DNA of 64,000 nt from assembly GCF_006345805.1 (NCBI RefSeq), contig NC_043000.1, positions 51,832,001 to 51,896,000 of the forward strand. The letters are read 5' to 3'. This DNA comes from Octopus sinensis (taxonomy: Eukaryota). The notes beneath the pieces were generated by a model that saw nothing but the letters and a program-made list of their open reading frames with translations, was not told the origin of the DNA and did no database searches. Shown piece after piece: positions 1 through 14,553 of the stretch (positions within the stretch are counted from its first letter, which is position 1; each line of letters starts with the position of its first letter). Made by a program: the position numbers and the translations under genes.

Positions 1-2557
1 CGAGTGACTCATTGGATATTGTAGTTTGAAACACACTGTTTGGAAAGAAAAATAGAAAAAAATGGCCAAAAAGTTGTACTTAGTTATGGTTTTGCTCAAC
101 CAGTGCTTACATGAGGTTTACAGACAATAACACCAGAATGTGTAATTACTAATATAATGTTCTTATATATAATACCAAAGTTTCATATGGAAGACAGCAA
201 GTAGGTGTTCAAGTGTCAAGTGTAGAAAGTAACCATTATTGAGGACTTACCTAATTGTGCATTTTGAAATAAAACTATGGAAAGCTGTTTTATTCTGTGA
301 TATTACTGAAAGGAATGATAGATTTATAACTTATTCCAATTTAAAACTTCATTAAGTTCGTGTAATGTGAGGAGATATGGATTCTAAGATTCTTGGTCGA
401 GCTCAGCAGGAAGAAGCGAAGAGTAGTATGTATCTATAAATGGAGTTGAAGATTTAAAAAAAAAAGTTTGAAGAGCATCATGATCAAGCAGTGCAGATGA
501 TGATCACCTACCAGACTAATGATGCAAAAAAGCGGACAGAAGTAGAGCAAAAATTTTGAAGTATCTTTATGCATATGAGTAAAGTGATATATGTATAAAT
601 GTGCTTACACTTCTTCCACATACAAGCAAAGAAAACATAAAGAGTTAAAAGAATTTAAAATACAAATGATAGTTCTATATTCTTGCTTGGTCTACATGTC
701 TGGTATATCTGTATGTATACATGAATACATGCTTGTATTCATACACATAAATGATTAAGCATTCACACTGACATATAAAGACATATATACATTATGTAGA
801 AGGTATGTAAAGCAAGATCATTTGGGAAGAAAAAGGGGAGAGAATGAGGTGTGACTGGGAAAGAGATAATATTTGGAAGGTAATTTTTGAAGAAAATTAA
901 CTAGAAACTTGCAGAAGAGGAATGACATTGTATGGGCTTAGGTTTATGATGATAATAACAATCTTTAGCAAGAGCATATGTAACCATATCAGTGAACTGG
1001 CATCAGAGCTTCAAAAAATAGAGAAAAAAAATTTAAAAGCTGATTATAAAAATGTAGATGAGTAACAATTAAAAGGAAAATCATTCATTTGTATCAACAA
1101 AACAAAAATTGTCTAAGGCTAAGGCAACATGCTTAGCTTTATGGATATAAGAAAATATATGTGAGCAGATTTACAGACCAATAAGTAGTTCAGTGGAGTG
1201 CTCTAACAACTTGAATGTTGGGATGGCTTAGCATATTGAGATGCCCTTGGTATTGTGGATATGAAGGTTTTTATTGAAGAGGTCATCTACAAGGTTACCC
1301 ACTTTTGTGTAGATGTAGAGTATTGTAGAGCTTGTAAGCATTGTAGTATAAATACTTTGGAAGAACTGCAGTTGAATGATTTTTCATTGTGGTGTTGAAA
1401 ATTGAGAAATAAGTATGACCTTGGGAAGAGAGCATTTGTAGGTTCTCAGATTAATGAGATTGCCTCTTTTATAGGAAACTAGAGGAAATTTGGAGCAGTT
1501 ACAGGGTCAGAGAAAAGAAAGATTATTTCAGAGTTTGCTTCTCATTTTATTCAAATACAGTTTATTCTGATTAAAAAAACAAAAAATTTTATATAGTCAG
1601 TTAAACACATCCCTTGTCACTCATCTTGAAAGAAATTACACCAAAATGCACTCATAAGCATTTTTAGAACAAGCTGAGCATTGAAAGGCCTGACAGTCTC
1701 TAGGATGAGTCTTTTAAATGTTTGTAGCCCACCAGCATGGTCTTTAGTAAAATCCTATCCTGCAAGTGCTCCTGATATTCAAACCCCACCTTGTACTTCA
1801 TCAACATATTTGTTGGTAAGACAAAAGCCCAAAGAGTGTTTCAATTCAGGTGGTTTCAGGAGGTACAGTACTGAGCAATACATGCATTGCTGGGTAGATT
1901 CATGTCATATTGGATGTTAAAAGTTAATCTTTTTATCTTTCCATTTTTTTTTCTTTCTATCAATCATGATATATTGCAGCATTCATTTATATTATGTTAA
2001 CAGAGAGTTCCCTCTCCTGCCATTACTTAAATCTTACTTTATTAAAAAAAATATTCCAGTTTTATTTACAGTAACATTAAACCACATACTGACATGCTGA
2101 AATAGTTTAGTATAATAGTTTCCATTTACTTCAATATGCTCCATGTTGAAGCATAGTATGACTTTGATATAATACCTGGATATCACCAAGTACTGATACT
2201 TGTTAGTAATACTCATATCATACAGATATGAGTATAGGCACTCCACTAGGCACTGCAGAGGTTTTATTATGTATATCAATACAATCGGAAAATACAATAG
2301 CATAGCTAAATATTGCAGATATCTAAGGCACACAGAACAGTGCTTGTTAATGCAGTGTAAACATGCAATAAAAATAAAACTATTGAAGGAAAAAATCCTC
2401 ATCCAACAAGATAACACAATTCACATTAAACATATACACCAAACAGATGAAATACTAAAATAAGTCCAGAAACAACGAAATAAATTACAAAACCAAGTGA
2501 AGCATATGAATACAAGCTTTACAAATCCCTACGAAGAAACTCATATGAAATCATTGA

Positions 2558-2642
2558 ATAATAATAATAATAATAATAATAACAATAACAACAACAACAA
2601 CAACAACAATGATGATGATGCTGATAATGATAATAACAATAA
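2558..2642. repeat. Compound (AAT)n/(AAC)n/(GAT)n microsatellite
   Basis: Trinucleotide runs read directly. Forms the 5' flank of the R4/Dong-like remnant. Confidence 0.95.
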
Positions 2643-2644
2643 TC

Positions 2645-3324
2645 ATATTCTGCGATAAATTTGATTCAACAATACGCCATCTCGCCTCGGGATGTCCTGT
2701 GCTAACACCAAATGAATACAAAAATCACCACAATAGGGTAGGACAGTATTTACACAGGAAAATATGTAAACACTACAAAATTTGCAATCCTACTTACTGG
2801 TATGAACATCAGTTGTTGAAAGTAAAAATGTCACTATCCTCTGGGATTTTCCAGTCAACACTGTCATTAAAGACAAAGAAGAAAATACTTGTAGACTAAC
2901 AGATGTTAGTGTTCCCACTGACAAACATACATCTGTAAGGGAATTTGATAAATTAGGTAAATATAAGCATCTGGAAATTGAAATGCAAAAGATGTGGCAT
3001 CTTAAAGTGAGAACTTTTCCTGCTATTGTGGGTGCCCTAGGTATGATAAGAAAGGGATGTCAGAAACATCTAGATAATATCCCAGGAGAAACATGTCTCA
3101 GAGAAATCCAAAAGATTGTACTGACGAGTACTGTCTACATCCTTGAAAAAAACCCTATCAATTTAAATGTACGTTTTGTATTACATGAAGATATTTTGCT
3201 ACTGCCCCTGCTATTTCCCTTCCCCAAATTTCAGTCATATGTAACATCTCTTATCCTTCACTCAGCCTAGGATGCTGGATGTGACTTGGCAAGAGAGTGT
3301 AACAAACATGCAGATTAAAGGTAA
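2645..3324 (+). mobile_element. 5'-truncated R4/Dong-like (RLE-clade) non-LTR retrotransposon, frameshifted
   Basis: Frames give CDKFDSTIRHLASGC (zinc-knuckle remnant), HHNRVGQYLH (RHN/RHD motif), ILWDF, DVSVP...FDKLGKYKHLEIEMQKMW...IVGALG (restriction-like endonuclease). Ends in (AAT)n. Confidence 0.88.
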
Positions 3325-3344
3325 ATAATAATAATAATAATAAT

Positions 3345-3548
3345 AAGACGAGGAGCGTGGTGTGATTGCAATAGATATTTTATTGGTTGAATGATATTTC
3401 GACAGCAAGCCTGTCTTTGTAACTCGAAAAAGACAGGCTTCCTGTCAAAATATCATTCAACCAATAAAATATCTATTGCAATCACATCGTGCTCTTCGTC
3501 TTGTCTATTTTTACCTTTGTGAAGAGTTTCATCAATCCTTGTAAAATA
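3345..3548. mobile_element. Palindromic Penelope pLTR-like element in (AAT)n
   Basis: 74-bp inverted arms 3345-3418 and 3429-3502 (6 differences, 10-nt spacer). The right copy continues about 45 nt further. Contains a GACAG..CTGTC stem followed by GAAATATC. Confidence 0.6.
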
Positions 3549-5759
3549 TAATATAATAATAATAATAATAATAATTATAATGGTTTCAAATTTTAGCACA
3601 AGGCCAACACGTTTGTTAGATCATTGGACAAAATATCTGTGGTTCTACTGTTTTATGTTTTAAAGTCAAAACTTGCCATGGTTATCTTAGTCTTTCATTC
3701 TTTTTGTGGTGGTAAAACAAAGTACCAATCAAGTACTGGTTTTAATATAATCAGCTAATACCATTGACCCCTCAAAATTGCTGGCCTTCTGCTGAAACTA
3801 GAAGCACTTTTATCATTGTTGTTATCATTGGCATCATTTGAACCATAACTCACCATGGGAGAGGTAACAACATCTTGTCCTGTTACTAATGTTTTCCGTA
3901 GTAGCACTCGGGTAACTTCTCCAGAACTGGGAATATGAGAGGCTGTGGGTTATTCATGACAGGATTCCTATTTTGATTTCACTGGTGCAATCCAGTGGCA
4001 TACAGAGTAGTACATTTGGTACCAATATGTCTGCAGGTATTGCCAGGAGAATGCTAATGCTAACACCAGGCCAACTTAACGCTTCTCTCTTGATTTATTT
4101 AAGACTTACCCTCTAGTCTCTTTGTCTCTCAAAGCTATGAGGCTATCTACTCATTGCTCAGGATCTATAACTCTTGATAGGGACCCATACCAGGTGCATT
4201 CAGCTGGTGCCAGTTGAGCATTGAATTCATGTCATGCGGGGGCTTTATATCCTATGCTTAAGCATTTCTCCACTAGTCAAAATTATGTTATAACCAGCTA
4301 AGAAAAGAGTCTAAACTAGATATTTATGCAGATTATCTATTTTAACAGAAAACAAGTGGAAACCTATCCAGTTGTTAATATTATTGATATGAAATGTATA
4401 GAAATAATTGTATAATGTGCAGACAGACAATAATAGTTATGAATTACTCAACACTGGAAGAAATGGAAACAAGAAACTATAGTAAAATATTTTCTTGTAT
4501 TCTTGAATTTATTTGGCTTAATTCTTTTTCTGTTTCACTATGAAATACAGATAGCAGCATTTCTTTGAAAACGGTAAAAGCAAACAATGAAGTTGCTGAC
4601 GTGGTCTACATGAAGCTGTATAATCTTATTGATATTGTCTGAGCGAGATCCCAACTTATAAATAGAGAAACCTATTTCAAATATGAGTTACTTGCAGGCT
4701 TCTAACACACAGTGTATATATAAAAGTGTGTGTGTCTGTGTTACTTTTATATATGTTATAGAAATATAACTATTAAGAAGTAAAAGATCAAAATTCAATT
4801 TTCTTCATAATTTTGTGTTTTTCTGGGAATATTCCAGAAAGACAACTGAGCTTGCTAATATAATTGGCTACTTGGCTGAAAAGAAAAGGCAAAAACAAAA
4901 ACAAAAAAAAAAACAAACAGAAATGCAGAAACGTAAAGTAAAAAAACAGTTCCATGTACATTCACTTCCACTCACCCTCACAATAAAAAAAAAGATATAG
5001 GAAGAAGCATATTCTTTATCATGAATGTAAAAAAAATCCTCCTCCCCCACTTCCTTGAAAAATACTGATGAATAAAAATGAAATTTAAAAAAAAAAAAAA
5101 GAAAAAGAAAATGAGCAAATCAATGCAGAACCAGTAACAATACTCTCAGAAGATATCCGATACTTATTAGAGAATTTGATTTTATGAGCCATTAGCTTCA
5201 ACCACTTTGATTTCTTGGCACCAGTTTAGCATTAGTTTCTAATTAAAAAGTCTATAACCAAAGATAATAGTTAGTCAATGCTGGTATGTATTAGCCAATG
5301 TAACACTTATTTTTTTGAATTTTTTTTTTTAAGGGGACACATCATCATCATTATTATCACCATCATTACTAATACTTATAATTTATGGTTTGAGAAATAC
5401 ATCAACCATTTTTCTTCCTCGAATCAAGAATCAAGTACATCTTGGAGAACATGCATGATAGTGTTCTAGTTCTAGGTTAACAAGGATGTTTATGGATAAC
5501 AAAAATGTTCCAGCTTAATAAAGATATTCTAAGCAAGTCAGTATATGCAATGGGAAATATGCATGGCAGTACTTAGGGTTAACAAGAATGATCAAGATTA
5601 ATGAAAGCACTCAAATTTAGCAAATATGTTTAAAGTTAGCAAAAGGGTTATATGTTAACAGTTGTGGTTAGATGAATGCTCAAAACATATTCAAAGATCA
5701 TAGCATTGCAATTTTTTTTTTAATGTACTCAAATTTATTTATTATTATAGATAATTTAG

Positions 5760-6425
5760 TGATGTTGTTACAGAACTAGCAGTATACAATTCCAGTTCTG
5801 GTATAATCATCAGAGCCTTGGGAAAAATGCCTTGTATTTGTTCCAGCTCTTATCGAGGTTCCCTATGCCTTTATTCCTTTTGGGATCAGTAAAATAATGC
5901 ACCAGTCATGTACTGGCGTTAATTTCTATTACCTAATCTTAGAGCCTTAAAATTGTTAAATTTGTGTTTAAATTAGAAACTATTAGAATGGTGAATTGGC
6001 AGAATTGTTGAAGCATCCGAAAAAATGTTTTGTGTTATTTGTTCCGTCTCTTTACATTCTGAGTTCAAATCCTACTGATGTCAACTTTGTCTTTCACTCC
6101 TTTGGGGTCAGTAACATTATGTACAACTCCAGTAATGGAGTTGGTGGCATTAACTGACTTCCTTCTCTGAATTTCAGACTTTAGTGCTAATAGTAGAAAA
6201 AAAGGTGGCAGGCTGGTAGGATCATTTGAATGTAGACAAAATACTTTGCAGTATTTGCTCTGACTCTTTGTGTTCTGAGTTCAAACCATATCAAAGTCAT
6301 TTTTGTCATTCATCTCTCCATGGTTGATAAAGTAAAATACCAACCAGTGAAGTACTGGAGTAGCTGTATTAACAATACCCCTCTCCTCAAAAATTGCTAG
6401 AAGTGCATAAATCAGAAACAATGTT
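5760..6425 (+). mobile_element. Three tandem degenerate SINE-B (Nin/Deu-domain-like) copies
   Basis: Repeated 'ggcagaa...ttctgagttcaaa...tttcatcctttggggtc...taccag' modules, head to tail. Confidence 0.75.
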
Positions 6426-7592
6426 ATTATCATTAATTCTAGTTAGGTGGAACTACTAAACTGAGTGAAAGCTATCTGTTTCAAGTGGGTTTAGCTGAAT
6501 TGAAGATGATTGACTCTAAAACATATCAATATTTTTTTAATGTTTTTAAAGATATTTTCCCCAAAATATATTTACATTTAGATTTCCTATCAGTAACAGA
6601 GATCTGCTCACTGACTTTATTCTTTAAGAATGTTCATTTAAGAAATCAATAGTAGAAACTGACAGCATATGCCAACCACAGCAATAAAATTCATACATAA
6701 AATGTACACTCTCATATACAAACTGATCTTATTCTCCCACTTCCTCATGAGGTTTGCAGTTATTAACTGAAGTGTATATATAACTTTTTTCCAATTAAAT
6801 CTTATCGAAGTTTCAAGGTCATCTAATCTTATATTCAGAGTAATGAGCAATAACAACAAAAAGTGTTGTTTATGTATTTATATATGATATCTTGCTTCTG
6901 CTTGTTTATTATAAGACATGTGGTAATTGCCAAAATGGCCTTTATGGAAGAATATTAATGTATACTCCGACTGCTTTTTTTTTTGTATATTGATAATTGG
7001 AGTGTATTTTGATAGTATTAAGTATTATGTTCTGTTATATTGTTATTATTTTTAGTGACAAGTTCTATTTAGACTAATTTAATGTCTATTGATAAGAATT
7101 TTGTTAAATATTGTGAAGCAAGCTGTTTCACTATAGATGCATTATTAATCTTTGATATAGTGTAGTGATAGTCTGACAACAGTAGCATATTGTATCATGT
7201 ATTTTATATCTGTCATACTTTTCCCATTTATATCGAAATGAAGTAATTACTTCTTTCTGGCATCAAATTTGGTATACTAGATTTGGTTTTGAGTATAATT
7301 ATGGTTGAAGCACTTTTTGAAAACAATGATTAGGGAACGGTCATCTTAGACATTTTGGGACAGTACGTATCCATCCTTATATTAAACATATTTGTTATAG
7401 ATAATTTTACTCATTTTGGCAATTCTGTGCACTTTTCTGAAACAAATATGCACAAGGAATTTACATTGATCCAGGCTGGTGCAGCTAAATAGAATTCAGC
7501 TAGGTTGAAACTATAAATATGTAATTGTTTGATCATATATATTATTTATGGGGTCATATTCTAAAAATTATTTTGGAAGAAATCTAAATATA

Positions 7593-7753
7593 GGTACAGA
7601 CATGGCTTTGTAGCAAGAAGTTTTCTTCCCAGGCACATGGTTTTGGGTTCAGTCCGAGAGCGTGGCACCTGGAGAAAATGTCTTCTTCTATAGCCTCAGA
7701 CTGATCAAATCCTTGGGAGTGGATTTGGTAGGCAGAAACTGAGTCTGTTTGTT

Positions 7754-7798
<45 letters not shown>

Positions 7799-8012
7799 AC
7801 ACGCATGTGTGTGTGACCACTGCTTGACAACCGGTGTTGGTTTCATTACATCTCCATAACTTAGCAGTTCTGTGAAAGCGACCTATAGAATAAGCACCAG
7901 GCTTAAAATAACTGAGTGCTGATATTGATCCGTTCAACTAAATTCTCCGAGACAATGCTCCAGCATTGCCACAATCCAATGACTGAACAAGTAAAAGACA
8001 AATGATAAAAGA
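7593..8012 (+). mobile_element. SINE-A (tRNA-derived head, CORE-like motif, internal (GT)n)
   Basis: Aligns by eye with the intact copy at 39267-39675. Ends 'gactgaacaagtaaaaga'. Confidence 0.88.
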
Positions 8013-9111
8013 TTTATTTTAGAGTTGTGCTTGTTTTTGGAAAGTAACTTGGTCTGAGAACCGTTTGCTGAAACTGAACTGCATTTTACAAGATTCACTT
8101 TTGTCATTTAAAAACATACAGCAACTGATATATTCACTTTTCATTAATTGAAGTTGTAAAAAGTTTCATCACACTTCTGCAACCAGGTCATTGACGCAAT
8201 TCTAGAGATTCAATAACCAAGCCGATAAAACTTTTGATACATCATATTTGACTGTACCATAAGGCAATAAATGGAAATTGAAGAATATAATAGTTTTTCT
8301 GCATCTTTACTAAGTTTAATTGACTCTTTCATAAAATAATTGTCATATGTATGTGTGTGTGTGTACACATGCATGCAATTAATTAATCTATGGTGTGTTA
8401 TGTGTTTTTTTTCTTTTTGTGTTCAGATAAATACCAAACCTTTCTGTGTTACATAAAAATATTGATTATAGAAGAAATTTGTGGACTTGACAAGATCAAT
8501 ATTTGGTAACAGGCAATATCACAGTAAAGGCCATCCAGTTGCTATGGCCTAATGTTTTAATATACAGTTAAAGAGACCTCCATTAGAGGAACCTCATCAT
8601 CACATATCATTATCAACCATCTTAATATTCTTTCTGCTAAAAATAGCTATTTATTTTCCCCATCTTGTAACATTTCGTGATACACAGACTTGACTGAAAT
8701 TAATTTTATTACTGCATGAATATTTCCATCCAGGTTAGCATATTACTCCTGTCTTTGAAACTGTTGAATAATGTTACAGACTTTGAAGTGTTCTGGATTG
8801 AGACAACATAGTGCTACTGAGAGAATACAGAAGCTAAGAGACTGTCGTAATATCCACTTGACATTAAAAAAATCTGTTATTAAGATCAGTGTTCTTGCTA
8901 ATCGACAGTGCTATGTCTAAGTTGTTAGGTTACCATGCAGCTAGTTAAGTAGTCAGCATCTGGTATCTTGATATAGTGCGCTATAGTCCCATTCTACCTG
9001 TAAGTAAATATAAGATTAGAAACCAGATGAGTGGTACTTTGTATCTAGTATCCTATGTTTCTTTTGAAGCCAATGTTAGATGTTTAATTTGTCAGCTGGT
9101 TTAGCACAGTC

Positions 9112-9493
9112 AACTGTGGTCATGCTGGAGCACCACCTTTAGTTGAGCAAATCGACCCAAGACTTATTCTTTGTAAGCCTAGTACTTATTCTATCAGTCT
9201 CTTTTGCCAAACTGCTAAGTTATGGGGATGTAAGCACACCAACATCGGTTGTCAAGCGATGTTTGGGGGGGGGCAAACACAGACACACAAACACATACAC
9301 ACACACATATATATATATATACATATATACAAAGGGCTTCTTTCAGTTTTCGTCTACCAAATCCACTCACAAGGCTTTGGTCGGAACGAGGCTATAGTAG
9401 AAGACACTTGCCCAAGGTGCCACACAGTGGGACTGAACCCAGAACCATGTGGTTGGTAAGCAAGCTACTTACCACACAGCCACTCTTGCGCCT
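9112..9493 (-). mobile_element. SINE-A
   Basis: Reverse complement of the 39267-39675 type, with internal (CA)/(TA) microsatellite. Confidence 0.92.
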
Positions 9494-11663
9494 ATCACAG
9501 CTACTCCTGTGCCTATTCTGTTTACAAGTATTCAAGCCAAGGTGACTTGCTTGGTTCCACCCACCTATCTTGGAAACTTTCAAAAGCATCATAACACTGT
9601 CTTTTCTTTGACTAACTCATTTAAATAAAAGAATGTAACAATGTCTTCTGAGCTGTTTGGAGAAAAACCACAATCTTTAAGGAAGAACCTATTATAAAGA
9701 TTATGAGCACTGCTTAAATTTTATTGTTGACTTTAAAAAGAAAATATAACATATTTTTACATTTATCATTAACATGGCTTAAAAAATCTTGTACTGCTGA
9801 TCTATTGTTGCGTTAACGCTTCAGTAATAAAATTGCATTTAATTAATTAGTGTACTGTCATTAACAGTCTGCATGAGACTGATTCACATGGGTACACATG
9901 AAAAATGCCTGTCAATAATACTTGAGAATAAAGTGACAATTAAAAATACATCGTTCTTGTGTCTTGGTTAAAAGTGTGATATTTTTGTGTTTTATGACAT
10001 GTATTTTAGTAAAAATTGAATTATCTTTGCAATAAAATATTTACCAGAACAAAATTATATATTTTGCATTTAGCTGCCTTGCCATTTTAGCAGTGACTTT
10101 ATGATCCAATGGATTATAGATTCTAGTACCACTGGCGATTGTTTGATTTTCATGGTCCCTTAGTTTGTGCCATTGAGTTCAAGTTGCCAAATTTAGCTTT
10201 ACGTTGTCTCAAATATTAGTTCTAGATAATCTCCCTTAAAAAAAAAAAAAGAAGATTATGTTTACCTGAAAGACTTCCAAACAACTCTGCAAAAATTTAT
10301 TGTTTAAACTCAGTTGCAAAAATTCTATCTTTGCTTTGTTATATTTTCTTATTTTCTGCTGAAAATATCAGCAAGATTTTTTTGACTTTTAGCTGTGACA
10401 GCGATAAAGAAAATTATATATATATATATATATATGTGTATATATAATATTATTTGAGGTAAAAGAAATTTTCATTCAATTGAAACATTTCTTGACAGGC
10501 TCTTTTTCAAAAACCTTTTCTTAATTGTATCATTTATTTTTCACTTCTTATGATGTAAGAATACATGGCAGAACATTTGAGAAAAATCTTAGTTCTGTAT
10601 TAAAAGGTCTTTAAAAAATTAAATAGTGTGTTTCTAAAAACGTAAGTTTACATTTTTATTAAATTACTTTTAATTGGCATTTGCTAATTTGTTGAAAATT
10701 GAGGGAAGGAAAAGTAAATAAAAAATTACAAAGAGTTATATAATTGTAAATCTAATGTGTCTATGAGTATATGTATGTATTTGTGTGTGTGTGTATGTGT
10801 GCATTTGTACATATATATATATTTATTTAACATTATCTTATTAACATTATAGTGTTAAAAATTATATCGTTTTCCAAAGCAGTAAACTTGTGAATGGCTT
10901 TTCAAAATAATATGATTTTGTTCCGGTAAATACTTTATTGCAAAGATAATTCAATTTTAACTAAAATACATGTCATAAACAAAGCAAACTATTCCTGAAT
11001 AACATTTTATTTTTTCAATGCACACAATTCTGTGTTATGTTTATAAACAATTTAACAAGCTGCCTCATTCTAAGTAGAACTTAAAAATTACACTACCTTA
11101 AGACTCTTCTAAATCTATGAAACATATTGCCTGTTACTTGTTTCAGTCAATAGTCAGCGGCCATGCTGGGGCACTACCTTGAAGTTGACAGAGTCAACAT
11201 TAATCGCATTTTAACTCAGGGCATGAAGATCACTTTAACCAATTCTGCCATCAACTGAAAGTTTCTAAGAAATTTTCAAAGTAACTCCTGTTATCTATAG
11301 ATTTGACCTGCAGAAATCTTCTTTTTAAAAGGTAGTGTGAATATCTCCTAAGATTTAAAAGCCAGTTACCTTTTAGGTTTCAATATCTTAGTGTTAGCTC
11401 TTTTAAAAATAAATCTGAGATAGTAAACCAGTCAATCTTAGATATTTTTTCTGAGATATGTGATTTCCCCTTGAGACATCCAGATGAATATATCAGATAT
11501 CCAATGAAATTTCTGCTCGAGAATGGAACTCAAGACTTATAAGCTGTCAATCTAATATCACATCCATATAGCCATTCTGGTTCTGCACTTCTAATGAAAT
11601 AGTTATTTCCAAAAGAATTTAACTTAATCTTAAAAGAATTATGGTTGATGAATTAATATTGTA

Positions 11664-11905
11664 GGTACAGGAATGGCTCTGTGGTTAAGAAGTTCAATTT
11701 CCAGCTTCAGGTTCAGTTCCACTGAGTGGCACCCTGAGCAAGTGACTTCTACTATAGCCCCAGGCTTATCAAAGCCTTGTGAGTGAATCTGGTAGATGGA
11801 AACTGAAAGAAACACATCACATGTGAATGTGTGAGTGTCTGAATATTTTGTTCCCTTGTCTTAGTATCACATGGTCATTCCAAAATGATGTTCATGATGA
11901 TGATA
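11664..11905 (+). mobile_element. SINE-A head with divergent (TGA)n tail
   Basis: 'gttcagttccactgagtggcaccctgagcaagtg...gaaactgaaagaa' followed by a different 3' part. Confidence 0.75.
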
Positions 11906-13650
11906 AATACTTTGTGTATTAGTTGAGAGCTTAGAACATTAGGCGAATGTTTAGACCATTGAAGTGTGAAGTTTCAAGTTCAATTATCTGTCATTTGTAG
12001 AGAATTTTACACTAAACAAGGCTTTATATGGTTCTGTACAATATCAGTTTCACACTTGAGTATCTTGTATAAGAAAGCAATCATTACATTAAGCATTAGC
12101 TTAACTATTGTTTTTAATATTAATGGCATCGCAAAGTGATTAACAATTTTAAATATACAATTTTTTTTTCTTTATGCTTGTACTGTATTATACATCTACC
12201 AAATGATTTTTGTATCACTTCTCTAGCAAGTACAGTAAAATCAAAGTCTTGCTGAGGCAGTTTAATAAAACTGAAACTTGTCCAGAAATGCTTTTTCTCT
12301 TTCCTAAAACGATGAAAATAATATTATTCATTTAGCTATTTCTTAAATAGATTTTTTTTTGTTGATACTGCATTAAATTTGGTAACACTAGCTTGACTAA
12401 AACCTTCCTTGGTTGAGTAGAACTGTAGACTAATAGTTAAGTAGTTTGTACAAGGGAAATCATTTTGCTGTAAGCTACCTATTCTAAAAAACAGCTTGAT
12501 TTATCATAACTGAATTTCAAAATCATACAGTCCATGTTAGAATATGGAGAAAAAATGTATACTGAGACATTGTTATATATTTAAAAAAGTAATAAATAAA
12601 TAGCAAAAATCTTCAGTGAAAATGACAAATAAGCATCCAATTTAGGAGTCAGATTTCTGACATCTTTAAATGGATCATTTCTGACTGAATGTCTGTATCT
12701 TATGTCCTTCTAGATGACATCAATTTTTGTTGGTGTTATGTGACGGCAATTCCATCTAAGTGTTTTGTTACTCCAACCATGTCTAATGGTACCACATATC
12801 TTTCTCTTCCTTTATTGTTTGGTAATACAATATCTTTCAAGATATAAGGTGACAGATAGTGGAGGCAAGATATTTAAAGAAAAAACATGGAAAATACAAA
12901 TTAGATATAAAATGTATAGGTAAATATTAAAAATCTATGCAAACACTATTAATTGCCTGTAGGAGGTAAAACATTGTTCTTTGAGTGGCAGTTACAGTAG
13001 TCAATTGGACTAAACACATTACTAAATACATTTTATTCTGAGTTCAAATCTTGCTAATGTTGGGTTATTTTTTTTTTTGTCTCCTTTTGAAATTGATAAA
13101 ATAAATACCAAACATAACAAAGGAATTGATTCTTAAGTTTACCTTGGCTATACCATACAAATTTGATGCTTGTACTAATATATTGTCCAACTCCTTTCTT
13201 GCAATTAATTATTTGGCTAATTTTAGTTTTTATGTGTTTTTTTTTGTCTGTCACCTCCAGTGGTTTCCCACTTTTTTTCTAATCGCCATCAACTCCTCAA
13301 AACCATAAGGCATTAACAGTAAAATGCTGCTTTGAGTATCTAGCTAACTCTGACTAGCACCTCACTTCTCATTTTCTTACCTTATCAGCTCCCCACCCAC
13401 TCAGTATAGATGAGGCAATTGTTTCTGTTTCTGCTCTGACAATCCTGTGAACATTTTGACTGGTGGTATTGTGGTAGCAGCAGAAGAAGCAGAAATAGTT
13501 ATCTCTTGTTGTTTACCACGACCCTTCTTATAATTTTGTTCTTTGTTATTTGAGTAATAAGTCTTGATGTGGCTTGGGTTCCTCCACATACAGTAATGTA
13601 CTTCCTGATCTGCCCCATCAGTCTGATTGAATTTCTTTCTCTGTACTCCA

Positions 13651-13878
13651 TTAACCCTCTAGTGTTTAAACCGGCTATATCCGGCCCGAATATTCTACTC
13701 ATTTTATGCTCAAACTGACCAGAACCAGCATCTCACACCTACCCTGCAATGTCATTCTAAAAATAAACAATTACATCTTTCAAATCTTGAAGCTACAAGA
13801 TAATACCAGATTAATTTTTTAAAATGTAAATGAATAAGAATTACTTATGACATATTAATTTGAACACTAAAGAGTTAA
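13651..13878. mobile_element. piggyBac-type MITE
   Basis: TTAA at 13651-13654 and 13875-13878. Imperfect TIRs ccctctagtgtttaaa / tttgaacactaaagag. Confidence 0.8.
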
Positions 13879-14320
13879 GGAGTATAACTACAGAACAGCT
13901 TGGTTGTCTTTGGATTCACTAGGACCTATAAATATCTGTACAGTTTGTAGCTGACCACATGTTTTGGGTCACGCCACTCTTCCAACCTGTCTGTTAATGT
14001 TCTACAAAGGTACAAAACTCAGTGTTTCACTATTGTGTTTACTCCTGCCCATATATTTTGGCACCATTCTGTAATCAAGTGCATGGTACAAGACACTTAT
14101 TTGCCTGTCTACCTGCTTAGCTCACTTCAGTCTCAAGTAATTGGCATACATATCCTTATGCTCTGTCCTGTCAAAAGATCATACATTAGCCAAGTATCCT
14201 CCCAACTTCTAATTCAAGGGAATATGGTGATTTCTCCCCTTTTTGAAAAACAGTGGTATGTTGCTCTCATTCTTGCAATTCCTTTATAAATATTTTAGCC
14301 AAAATGGTACTCTCTTTTCT

Positions 14321-14553
14321 AAGGCGGTGAGCTGGCAGAAACGTTAGCATGCCGGGCGAAATGCTTTGCCGTATTTCGTCTGCCACTACGTTCTGAGTTT
14401 AAATTCCGCCAAGGTCGACTTTGCCTTTCATCCTTTCAGGGTCGATTAAATAAGTACCAGTTACGCACTGGGGTCGATATGATCGACTTAATCCGTTTGT
14501 CTGTCCTTGTTTGTCCTCTCTGTGTTTAGCCCCTTGTGGATAGTAAAGAAATA
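14321..14553 (+). mobile_element. SINE-B (tRNA-derived, Nin/Deu-domain-like), well preserved, 15-bp TSD
   Basis: A/B-box-like head. Core 'gcctttcatcctttcagggtcgattaaataagtaccag'. TSD ggtactctcttttct at 14306-14320 and 14554-14568. Confidence 0.93.

Noticed and set aside
1681-2463. ORFs of 79-127 aa
   Set aside because: No recognisable domain or splice-supported structure. Consistent with random ORFs.
9143-9592. Recurrent ORFs with 'YQIHSQGFG...EDTCPRCH' and 'LPNPLTRLW' peptides (also at about 25257, 26143, 39264, 54507, 55362, 58813)
   Set aside because: Translations of SINE-A copies, not a protein family.
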